A stretch of DNA of 64,000 nt, taken from Candidatus Heimdallarchaeota archaeon (GTDB taxonomy: Archaea > Asgardarchaeota > Heimdallarchaeia > JABLTI01). A program made the position numbers and the translations under genes. How positions within the stretch are numbered: the stretch's first letter is position 1; the number at the start of each line of letters is the position of its first letter. Positions 38,695 to 47,763 of this stretch are shown here, one piece after another. The stretch spans positions 96,001 through 160,000 of the forward strand of contig JABCTZ010000003.1 in assembly GCA_018238155.1 (NCBI GenBank), in the 5' to 3' direction. The notes beneath the pieces are model-generated. The model worked only from the letters and a program-made list of their open reading frames with translations, did no database searches and had not been told where the DNA came from.

Positions 38695-39420
38695 TTATCT
38701 TCCACCTAAACCTGGGAAGTAATACTTTTTACCTTCAGCGTAGCTTGCATCTACACGTGCTATACCTGTATCTCGCATTGCTTCTAATGCACGTTCACTT
38801 CTTTCTTGATTCCAACCAGTTTTCATGATTAGTTCTTCAATCGAAATCCAACCTTTTCTAGTTGAAAGAGTCAAAACTTCTTCTTGATCCTCAGAAAGAT
38901 TTGCTGGAATAAATTCGACTAATTTTACTCCGCCTTTTAATTCTCTTACTTCTGGGATAACTTTCGCATCAGAGAGTTTACCGATTGATATTACAACATC
39001 TTTAACGGGGATTATTTTTCCAGGACGTCCTTTATTTACGAGGATAACCACTTCTCCTAATGTCATTAATCCTCCCGTATATTCTTGAACTTCTTTTGCT
39101 TTTTCGAGAATCTCAATACCAAGGCGCTCAAAGAAATCGCCTCCGCCTATCTTATCCCAGAAAGTAGCACTTTCTTTCCATTCATAAACTCCAAGTTCAT
39201 CTGGTAATCCTAATTCTTGTCTTAGTTCCACCAATTTTTTGTATGAATCTTCATTACCCGTAATATCTTTTTTCCATTTCTTCTCAAATCTCTTAAGACG
39301 GCTCTGAAGTTCACGAATGTTTTCGAGCATGATTTCTAAATCTTTAATCATTATTTCTGCTTCTTTTGCTTTGAAAGCTGATTTTATTCTGATCTTTTTT
39401 TCTATTTCTCTTAAACCCAT
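38695..39420 (-). CDS. vps22: ESCRT-II subunit Vps22/EAP30-like
   Basis: GDFFERLGIEILE...TGGLMTL, LSEDQEEVL, WNQERSERALEAM..TGIARVD, YYFPG resemble the Snf8 winged-helix pattern. Confidence 0.85.
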   Translation of the reverse strand: MGLREIEKKIRIKSAFKAKEAEIMIKDLEIMLENIRELQSRLKRFEKKWKKDITGNEDSYKKLVELRQELGLPDELGVYEWKESATFWDKIGGGDFFERLGIEILEKAKEVQEYTGGLMTLGEVVILVNKGRPGKIIPVKDVVISIGKLSDAKVIPEVRELKGGVKLVEFIPANLSEDQEEVLTLSTRKGWISIEELIMKTGWNQERSERALEAMRDTGIARVDASYAEGKKYYFPGLGGR

Positions 39421-39579
39421 GATGTTTCATTCCTTGGTATATAGTTTAGCTTTGGATATTTAATCATTATAACCTTTCTATTTATGAGAATCTTAAGTAT
39501 TAATTGACAAATAAAACTTTAAACGTTCTCTTATTAGAAGATTAATGTAAATGTAAGTTTAATTGGTTTTGATGTAGTA

Positions 39580-40905
39580 ATGAACTCGATAAATGGAACT
39601 AAAGTTGCTTTACGCGAAGAAGTTATTTCAATATTGATGCAATTTGAAAATTCTTCACATACTTTGCGACAAATTATTCGGCAACATCTTAGTAAAAATT
39701 CATTTCCATTTCCTATTGCAGCAAGAATTCAAACATTATCTTTAGGAGTGGTGCAATATAAGAATACTATCGATTTTATTCTCAATCGGAGTCGTTTTCA
39801 TTTATCATTAAAGGAAATCCCCAAAATAGATCTACTTCGTCTTCGCTTAGCACTTTTCGAAGGTCGTTGGCAAAAACGTTCTATTAGAAAACTCGAACTT
39901 TTTTTGAAAGAAAAAAAATACCTCAAAATCCTTACAAAAGCTATTAATTTAGATCTCGTTTCTGCAATTAAATCAATGAAACGTGAAGAACAAAATAGCG
40001 TTCTCTATTCACATCCAACTTTTCTTGTCCACACTCTCACTGAAAAATTAGGTGAAACTGAAACAATTTCTCTAATGAAGAAGAATAATAGTTCACCTAC
40101 ATCATATCTTCGTATAAATCAATTAATTACCAATCAAAAAGAAGTTCTCTCTTCTTTAAGAGAAAAGAAAGTGATTTTAGAGCAGGATCAAGCTTTTCCA
40201 TTTCTTTATGTTATCAAAGACGGCATGAAAACATTGATTGATACAGATGCTTTCAAAAATGGTGAGATATTCATTCAAGATAAGGCAAGTATTTTGGCTG
40301 TTAAAACACTTGATCCTCAACCTGGTGATTTCATTTGGGATGCCTGTGCAGCACCTGGCATGAAAACACATTTAATCTGGGAGTTTATGGAAGGCAAAGG
40401 CACTCTAATTGCAAGTGATATACATTATCAACGATTGCTAGGTGCACAACAACGCTTTCAAAGTTATGGTATTGATCAAGTTGAATGGATTCATACTGAT
40501 GCTGCAAAAGCTTCTATTCCTAATGCAAAGAAAATCCTCATAGATGCTCCTTGTACTTCTACCGGCATTCTTCAAAGTTATCCTTCATATAAATGGCGTT
40601 TAAATAAAAAATGGCTCTTTTCTATTATGACTATTCAAAATAAAATTTTAGATGGTATTATTTCTAAATATTTAGATAAACCAGGTACTGAGATTCTCTA
40701 TTCTACATGTTCAATTTTACCTCATGAGGGTGAAAATCAAATTGATTCTGTTTTAGATCGCTATAATGTTGAACTTATGAAAGGACCGAATTTTGGTCAA
40801 GCTGGCTATCCAAATTTCAAATGTTCTAAAGAAGTTCGAAGATTATTCCCACATACTGATAATACAAATGGTTTTTTCATTGCTCATTTAAAAATTAGTG
40901 AATAA
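39580..40905 (+). CDS. RsmB/Nop2 family RNA m5C methyltransferase
   Basis: IQDKAS, DACAAPGMKT, LIDAPCTSTG, YSTCS, GFFIA. Confidence 0.92.
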   Translation: MNSINGTKVALREEVISILMQFENSSHTLRQIIRQHLSKNSFPFPIAARIQTLSLGVVQYKNTIDFILNRSRFHLSLKEIPKIDLLRLRLALFEGRWQKRSIRKLELFLKEKKYLKILTKAINLDLVSAIKSMKREEQNSVLYSHPTFLVHTLTEKLGETETISLMKKNNSSPTSYLRINQLITNQKEVLSSLREKKVILEQDQAFPFLYVIKDGMKTLIDTDAFKNGEIFIQDKASILAVKTLDPQPGDFIWDACAAPGMKTHLIWEFMEGKGTLIASDIHYQRLLGAQQRFQSYGIDQVEWIHTDAAKASIPNAKKILIDAPCTSTGILQSYPSYKWRLNKKWLFSIMTIQNKILDGIISKYLDKPGTEILYSTCSILPHEGENQIDSVLDRYNVELMKGPNFGQAGYPNFKCSKEVRRLFPHTDNTNGFFIAHLKISE

Positions 40906-40944
40906 AAAAGAAATGAATGAAGAAAAGATATTGAATGATCTTTT

Positions 40945-41247
40945 CTAAATCGGAGGTTGCTTGTAATATTTTTTCAACCATTGGTAGATTTTCTCACGAA
41001 GTTTTTTCTCATCCCTATTTTCAAGGGGGAGAGCCTTTTTTTCTATGTAAGTATTAAAGAGGTTTTTTAACACCCCTCGAATTTGACTTGATAATTGATG
41101 TCTCTTTCCAAAAGTCTTTTCTGATTCGATCAAAGCATTATTTAGTTCTTCCAGAACAAAATCGGAATCTAAGGAAATCTCAAGATAGTTTAATATTTCT
41201 CGAAAGTGCTTGTATAGATTTCTATAGGCTACCGGATTTCCACGCAT
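40945..41247 (-). CDS. Small helical hypothetical protein downstream of vps28
   Basis: 100 aa ORF co-oriented with the ESCRT-I genes. Confidence 0.55.
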   Translation of the reverse strand: MRGNPVAYRNLYKHFREILNYLEISLDSDFVLEELNNALIESEKTFGKRHQLSSQIRGVLKNLFNTYIEKKALPLENRDEKKLREKIYQWLKKYYKQPPI

Positions 41248-41314
41248 GATACTTCATTTCTCCTAATTGTTCTGATTTTCTAAAAAGATGGGTAAGGTCA
41301 TTTGCCTTGATTTT

Positions 41315-41953
41315 CTAATCACCTCGAAGTGATCTTCTGAAACTATTCAACCATCTTACAGCTTCAAATTCTAATCGCTTGATTAGACCATCTTCAAGCA
41401 CCTCATCAGGTGGCTTTGTTTCTAACATTTGTTTCCAGTTGATGATTTCTTTAACAACATCTGATTCTGGACCAAAACCTGGATAAGCTTTCAAAATATC
41501 TTCCATATCATCGAGATTTGGAACTATAAGTTCAATCCGAGCTACACTTCTTAAGCGAAGTAAATCGATTAATTCGATTGCTCCTGCTACGAAATCAGCT
41601 GTTTTTGCCGGAAGATTTTTCATCTGTTGGAAGGGCATTGCCACAGTCTCAACATTATCTCCTATTGGAATTGGGGCAACTCCTTCTGCAAATCGAAGTT
41701 TTTCTGCACCAAAGGGATATTTCTGTACAATTGATTCTCTATCAAGGAACCCATCAAGATTGAAACCTAATTTTTGCAGTCGAAAGCGTGCTTTAAATGC
41801 ATCTCTAATTAAAGAGCGTAGTTGCCGTCGATACATTCCTGGATCGAGTATCCCATCTGCAAAACTTTGGCTTATATTATCAATAGTTGCTATACATGAG
41901 AACAGCTCTGCTTCAAGTTCTATTTGGGATTTGTTTTTTGACGAATAAGACAT
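41315..41953 (-). CDS. vps28: ESCRT-I subunit Vps28-like
   Basis: AELFSCIATIDNISQSFADG...Y...LRSLI and ADFVAGAIELIDLLRL patterns. Confidence 0.85.
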   Translation of the reverse strand: MSYSSKNKSQIELEAELFSCIATIDNISQSFADGILDPGMYRRQLRSLIRDAFKARFRLQKLGFNLDGFLDRESIVQKYPFGAEKLRFAEGVAPIPIGDNVETVAMPFQQMKNLPAKTADFVAGAIELIDLLRLRSVARIELIVPNLDDMEDILKAYPGFGPESDVVKEIINWKQMLETKPPDEVLEDGLIKRLEFEAVRWLNSFRRSLRGD

Positions 41954-41966
41954 TTTAATTTACCTC

Positions 41967-42719
41967 TTATGATTGCTCCAAATTTTTACTGGTTAAATAC
42001 ATCTCTTTTGTATATCTTCTATAGAGTTTAGCGAAATCTACAGGACTTATTTCTCCATCTTTGAATTTTTCATCAAGTGTTGACAACAAGTCTGCTAGAG
42101 CTACACTTTGTGCTTGTAATAATATCTTCTCACTCTGTTTTTTATCAGAAGGTAATAATACATCGAGATTTTCAATTTTTGAAATCTTCTCATCTGAACC
42201 TTTTACCACTTCTGCACGAAGTTTTCGTATTTCATCATCTTTCTTACGAATCTTTTTCTGAAGTTCAGATATTGTTTCATTGATATCCTCAACTTTTTTC
42301 TGGCTTGGTGTAGCTACTGTTTCCCAAGTTTGTACTGATGCTTTTTGCCTGGTAACTTTTCCAGAAGTAGTTTTTGGTGGTACTTTCTCGAACAGCCTCT
42401 CTAATGCTTTTATTACTTGGTACACATGTTTATCCGGTTTCCATTCATGAGTTATTTGTAGTAACACATTACCATCTTTTTCGACATTTGGATGAATAAT
42501 GCTCTTATCTTGAAGAATCACGCGTGGAGGGTATAATGGAAATTTTAAGGGAACTAGTACTTCAACAGGAATTTTGACTTTTCCTTCTGGAGTATCTATT
42601 TCAATATTCCCTTGCCATTTATTCAAACCCTCTCCAATTGGGGCAAAACCTTTAGCATAATTAAACATGAGTTGCATTTCTCGGGCCAATGCTAATTCAT
42701 TAATTTGATTTTTCGACAA
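41967..42719 (-). CDS. vps23: ESCRT-I Vps23/TSG101-like (UEV + coiled coil + steadiness box)
   Basis: UBC fold FPLYPP...HPNVEKDGNVLL lacking the catalytic Cys; C-terminal FKDGEISPVDFAKLYR. Confidence 0.85.
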   Translation of the reverse strand: MSKNQINELALAREMQLMFNYAKGFAPIGEGLNKWQGNIEIDTPEGKVKIPVEVLVPLKFPLYPPRVILQDKSIIHPNVEKDGNVLLQITHEWKPDKHVYQVIKALERLFEKVPPKTTSGKVTRQKASVQTWETVATPSQKKVEDINETISELQKKIRKKDDEIRKLRAEVVKGSDEKISKIENLDVLLPSDKKQSEKILLQAQSVALADLLSTLDEKFKDGEISPVDFAKLYRRYTKEMYLTSKNLEQS

Positions 42720-43017
42720 GGTATTCGATTTCTCCTATATAGGTATCTTAGACAATCTACCATTTAAACATTAACGAATAACATATTAATTAATCTAAAG
42801 TATGTGGCAGAACTTTTTTATCATATTTTTACTGATAAATTACTATTTAAACTATATAAAAGGATAAAAATTGCTTTTCCGAAATTTGCACAATTATTAT
42901 AAACAATTCTTGTGAAATGGAATTGTTTAACACATTTGTTCTACAAATTCGCGGTAAGTTACCGATACTGTTAAACCTATTCGAAAAGCAATAAAGTTTA
43001 GTATCGTAAATTTAAAA

Positions 43018-44118
43018 GTGATCAATATGAGTGAATTTTCATTCGGAGACCGCTTAAAACAGAAACTCGGTCTTTACAAACCCCCAACAGAGGAAAAAAT
43101 AGAAGCGGTTGAAATTCCTACCGATCCAGAAGTTTTAGTTGCTATTAGAAATTTAAAGAAACACTTCATGGTAGCCGGTGGAGGATTAATTTTTAACAGA
43201 ATACCTATTTTTCTAAAGGCAGTAGATGGTATTTCTTTTAATGTTAGAAAAGGAGAAACCGTTGGTGTTGTAGGTGAATCCGGTTGCGGAAAATCAACTG
43301 CTGCAAGAGCAATTTTACAATTATTAGAACCAACTTCAGGTCATGTTTTCTTTAGAACTGAAGATGGTGAAATGATCGATCTAGTTGGACTTGATAAGAA
43401 CGAACTTAGAGAAATGAGACGACAAATGCAAATTGTGTTCCAAGATCCCTCAGCTTCACTTAATCCAAGAATGACCGCATTTGATATTATTGCTGAACCT
43501 TTAATTATTCACAAAGTAGCTGACGGTGACGAATTAAAAATTCGAACAATTGAGCTTATGGAAAAAGTAGGTTTAATGATTCACCATGCTTTTAGGTTTC
43601 CTCACGAATTTTCCGGCGGACAAAAACAACGTGTTGGAATTGCTCGTGCTTTAGCATTAAATCCAAGTTTTGTTATTCTTGATGAACCAGTATCTGCTCT
43701 TGATGTTTCTGTAAGAGCTGCTGTTCTTATGCTGTTAAGAAACCTACAACGAGAATTTGACTTAGCTTACATTTTCATTGCACACGATTTGTCAGTAATT
43801 AGAATGATTTCTGATTATGTCTGTGTAATGTATCTTGGAAGACTAGTAGAAATTGGCTCTGTAACAGATGTTTTTGAAGATATGAGGCACCCATATACTC
43901 GTGCTCTTATTTCTGCAATTCCAATTCCTGACCCAACAGTTAAACCTGAAAGAATTTTCCTTGAAGGCGATCCTCCCTCTCCCGTTGCTCCACCCCCCGG
44001 ATGTAATTTCCATCCACGGTGTCCAATTGCAACTTCTATTTGTACACAAGAGGAACCACCAAGAATACAAGTTTCAGAGACTCACTTTGTTGAGTGTCAT
44101 CATGTTACTACTAAGTAA
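43018..44118 (+). CDS. Oligopeptide/dipeptide ABC ATPase (OppF/DppF)
   Basis: GESGCGKST, FSGGQKQR, HPYTRAL, GCNFHPRCP. Confidence 0.93.
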   Translation: MINMSEFSFGDRLKQKLGLYKPPTEEKIEAVEIPTDPEVLVAIRNLKKHFMVAGGGLIFNRIPIFLKAVDGISFNVRKGETVGVVGESGCGKSTAARAILQLLEPTSGHVFFRTEDGEMIDLVGLDKNELREMRRQMQIVFQDPSASLNPRMTAFDIIAEPLIIHKVADGDELKIRTIELMEKVGLMIHHAFRFPHEFSGGQKQRVGIARALALNPSFVILDEPVSALDVSVRAAVLMLLRNLQREFDLAYIFIAHDLSVIRMISDYVCVMYLGRLVEIGSVTDVFEDMRHPYTRALISAIPIPDPTVKPERIFLEGDPPSPVAPPPGCNFHPRCPIATSICTQEEPPRIQVSETHFVECHHVTTK

Positions 44119-44188
44119 GCAAGGAATGAAATAGAGATGGTCCACATCTCTTTTTAACTTCTTTTCTATTTCATTTTCTATTCAAGAA

Positions 44189-45574
44189 TTAGCTTGTGAT
44201 TTGCATTATATTCATTATTTTTTCTTTTTGTTTCATACTATAAATAGCAAACAGAATGACCAATGCAATTGCGAATGCTATACTAGCGAATATGAATGAC
44301 CAAGGGTATCCACCAAAAACGGTTAATGATTTCACAGTTTCTTTGTTTAACAGTAAAATGCCTTGAACCAATGTTGCTAATGATTTTACTGCAGTGCTAA
44401 AGACAAAGAATATTCCCATGAAACTTGCTTCTCGTCCTTTTGGGACAATATCTGCCGGCAAAGCAATTTGAAGTGTACTAATTAATATGTTACTTAATCC
44501 TCCAATTATTACGATAAAATAAATCGCGCTGAAATTCTTCATCAGTGCCAGTAACAAACAGAAAATACCATAGCTTAAACTTGCAACAATACTAGCTCTA
44601 GTTTTCCCGATTCTATTTACAAACCAGATAACAGGTATAAGAAATACTGCAATAAAGACACCCATTAGAATATTACTTGCAAAAGAGGCGGTAATTTCTA
44701 GAACATCGAAACGTTTTACTAATGAAACTACAAGCCCCGTCTCAACTAAATGTGAACCAAACCCCCAAAAAGTATTAACTATTAATAATAGAGCCCATGG
44801 TAACCCTCCATATTTCCAGATAATTTTTGGTATTCTTCTAATATCACTTAGTTTAACATCACTAGGTTCTTTTGGATTCTCTCGAGGTAAAAGAATACTT
44901 GTTAAAATACCTCCTATTGCTAAAGCTAAACCAGTAATTATCCAAATAATCCATGAAAAACCATTATCTATTAGCATTGAAAAAATAATTATCGCAATTG
45001 CTGCCCCTGTAGCACTAAATATTATTACAACTACACTTGCAAAAGTTCTTTCTTTCTTTTTGAAAAGATCTGAAATCAGTGAAAACCAAGCAGGATAAGC
45101 TCCACCCAATAACAAGTGAGCAATAGTGAAGATAATTGCCAACAAAATGAAGATCATTGTTAAGTTATTTACAACCTGTGTTATTAGTGGAATTAATATG
45201 AAAAATGCTCCTGCACCTACACTTCCAAGAAAAATTGTTGGTATTCTCTGTCCAAACTTTGAACGAATTTTGTCACTGATAATTCCTCCGAAAATTGCCC
45301 CAATACATAATGCCATCAATGAAATTGAAAAGAGTACAGATATTACAATAGAACTTTTAAATCCCACATCTTCTAAGATTTCAATAAAATGTACATATTC
45401 TGCTGTCGTAACAAAATTATAACCGAAACTGAATACTCCAACAGCAAAAAGAAATTTGACAAGTTTTTTTGTTACTACTAATTTCTCAATTTTCTCTTCT
45501 TGTATCTGGTAATCTTCTTGTGTTTCAGCATTTCCTTCATTCATTGAGGTGTTCAAACCTTTACCATTGTCCAC
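44189..45574 (-). CDS. MFS transporter
   Basis: GIISDKIRSKFGQR motif A, about 12 TM. Confidence 0.85.
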   Translation of the reverse strand: MDNGKGLNTSMNEGNAETQEDYQIQEEKIEKLVVTKKLVKFLFAVGVFSFGYNFVTTAEYVHFIEILEDVGFKSSIVISVLFSISLMALCIGAIFGGIISDKIRSKFGQRIPTIFLGSVGAGAFFILIPLITQVVNNLTMIFILLAIIFTIAHLLLGGAYPAWFSLISDLFKKKERTFASVVVIIFSATGAAIAIIIFSMLIDNGFSWIIWIITGLALAIGGILTSILLPRENPKEPSDVKLSDIRRIPKIIWKYGGLPWALLLIVNTFWGFGSHLVETGLVVSLVKRFDVLEITASFASNILMGVFIAVFLIPVIWFVNRIGKTRASIVASLSYGIFCLLLALMKNFSAIYFIVIIGGLSNILISTLQIALPADIVPKGREASFMGIFFVFSTAVKSLATLVQGILLLNKETVKSLTVFGGYPWSFIFASIAFAIALVILFAIYSMKQKEKIMNIMQITS

Positions 45575-45716
45575 CAGTTCTCTGGAAAATTTTTCTTATA
45601 AACATAACATTTTTGTCTATGGATGAATGAACAAATCAATAAAATATACTACAACAAAAAGATAATTAAAGGTTAATTTTCTTAAGAAGTAAAAAGAAAA
45701 AATAATCAATTTTGTT

Positions 45717-46184
45717 GTGTTAATCATGGCACCTATATCTTTAAATTTAAATTCCTGGGAATGGTGGCTCATAATTGTTATATCAATTTTGCTTCTGACT
45801 TTGACGTTATATCTTAGTATGAGGTTTGTCACTGGTCGTAAGAAATTAACATTCGGATATTTCCTTAGAATATTCCTTATTTCAATTGTTCTTCTAATTG
45901 GTCTTGTTGCAGTTGCAGAAGCTATTGCTCAAGTATTAAATTTAGGATACCATTTTGCACCAATGTTTTACATATTGATGACAATGGGTTTCATTCTAAT
46001 AATAAGATACTTCCTAACAAATTCTACTGTTATACCATACCATGAAGGATCATCAGATAAATATTGGCAATGGTCAATGTGGGTAACTTTGATATCCATA
46101 ATATTATTGTTCATAATTGCTTTCCTTGTTGAACTTATATCTGGTTTAATTATAGATCCGCCCTTGACTCTAATCACTTTCTAA
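45717..46184 (+). CDS. 4-TM membrane protein
   Basis: Four hydrophobic helices. Confidence 0.6.
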   Translation: MLIMAPISLNLNSWEWWLIIVISILLLTLTLYLSMRFVTGRKKLTFGYFLRIFLISIVLLIGLVAVAEAIAQVLNLGYHFAPMFYILMTMGFILIIRYFLTNSTVIPYHEGSSDKYWQWSMWVTLISIILLFIIAFLVELISGLIIDPPLTLITF

Positions 46185-46328
46185 GAAATTAACATAAAAA
46201 AGGGATTTCCCTTTTTTCTATTCTTTTTTTCAAACAATTTTTTTATATCTAATTGAGAAATAACTTTTAGACTATACAAAACGATTAAAAGTCTTGAAAA
46301 TGTAATTAAAATTGGAAGGTAATTAAAT

Positions 46329-46748
46329 TTGAGCGACACAGATAACAATCCAAATACTATTTTAGATGCTACATTATTGGTTTTGGATTCAGGTGAATTA
46401 CTTTGGTCCCCGAATCGTGGGCACCAGGATAAATGGGAAGGAGATGTTTTATTCTCAGGATTAATGGTTGCATTAAATCAGATGTTTTCATCAATATATG
46501 GTGACAACATTTTTACCATCCAAAGCAAAAATCAAATGTCAATTATTGTTATGTATTCCAATCCTGATAATAATTGGCATCTTGTTGCTCGAAGTAGCTA
46601 TACAGAAAAAACAGCTATTTATGATTTGGTTGAAGAATTAGGTGAAACTCTTTCAATAGGCTTAGGAGACACTCTTTCTCAAGATTCAGCAAATTTGGAT
46701 ATGATTGATTATGTTATTGATAATGTTATCAGTTCCTTTTCGGGATGA
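46329..46748 (+). CDS. Longin-like domain protein
   Basis: beta-beta (LLVLDSGELLW), helix LFSGLMVALNQM, three strands, helix; typical longin topology. Confidence 0.55.
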   Translation: MSDTDNNPNTILDATLLVLDSGELLWSPNRGHQDKWEGDVLFSGLMVALNQMFSSIYGDNIFTIQSKNQMSIIVMYSNPDNNWHLVARSSYTEKTAIYDLVEELGETLSIGLGDTLSQDSANLDMIDYVIDNVISSFSG

Positions 46749-46904
46749 GTGAAATTTAATTCCAATCCTTTAGTTACCATCCAGAAATCATTTTTCTATT
46801 TTGGTTTTGCCATAGTGATAACCAAATGATTTTAAACTCAATTCAAATAATAATACTAAACACGGTGAAATTCTCAATTGTAGTGTTTCTATTCTAACAA
46901 TTGA

Positions 46905-47558
46905 ATGTTAAACTGGAGGTCTATGAAAATGTCGGAAGATCAACCACCAAAAACACCTGAAGTAGAAATGGAAGAACCAGTAAAAGAAGAAGACTCTGCT
47001 GAATTAAAACAAAAAATTTCAGAACTTGAAAGAACCTTAGCTGATAAAGATTCAGAATTAACAAAGAAAGAGGCAGAAATTTCTCCACTTGCAGACAAAG
47101 TAAAGAAATTTGAAGATGAAGCTGCAAGTAAGGACGAGAAAATTTCTAAATTTAATGATGAACTCAAGGATCTTAAATCTGTAGATGCGGAAAATAAAGA
47201 AAAAGTCAAAGGTTTAGAACATCGATTATCCCAAAAAGAACTCGAAATTACTCGCTTAGAGGGATCTGTTGAAGATTTAAGCATTGCAAAGAAGAAAATT
47301 GAAGATCTTCAAAAAGAATATAAAAAACTTGAAGAGGAAATGAGATCACTTACTAAACTCTTTGAAAATGAACCCCGATATACAATTCTCAAGGATCTTG
47401 ATGAATTCGGTGAAATGCGTATGAATCAAGTTGCTATGAAAGCGGGAGTTGCTCCTGTCCAAGCTAAAAAATGGCTTGAAGAGCTTGAGCGCGCCGGTTT
47501 AGTTGAAATTCATGATGAAGGTCGAGACAGTAATCCTCTCGTATCTAAAAAGAAATAA
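46905..47558 (+). CDS. Coiled-coil protein with C-terminal winged helix
   Basis: Long heptad region followed by ILKDL...VAMKAG...WLEELERAGLVEI. Confidence 0.65.
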   Translation: MLNWRSMKMSEDQPPKTPEVEMEEPVKEEDSAELKQKISELERTLADKDSELTKKEAEISPLADKVKKFEDEAASKDEKISKFNDELKDLKSVDAENKEKVKGLEHRLSQKELEITRLEGSVEDLSIAKKKIEDLQKEYKKLEEEMRSLTKLFENEPRYTILKDLDEFGEMRMNQVAMKAGVAPVQAKKWLEELERAGLVEIHDEGRDSNPLVSKKK

Positions 47559-47763
47559 TCTAAACTAGAATTTGTTCCTAGTTGATTTCTTTTTTTAAAT
47601 TTTTTTAACTTTAAAATAGCTTTTTCTGATGTCATTCAATTTTCTTTGAACGTTAAATAATCAGATAAAAGCAATTATTAAGTAGTAATCTTATAATAAT
47701 CTGTTATTAGCATTTAGCAAATCAAATTTGAAAGATTAAAATTTGGAGGCAATTCTTTCTTAG

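Noticed and set aside
41967-42719. Active E2 ubiquitin-conjugating enzyme
   Set aside because: The catalytic Cys after HPN is absent (GNVLL), and the C-terminal steadiness box plus adjacent vps28 indicate UEV-Vps23.
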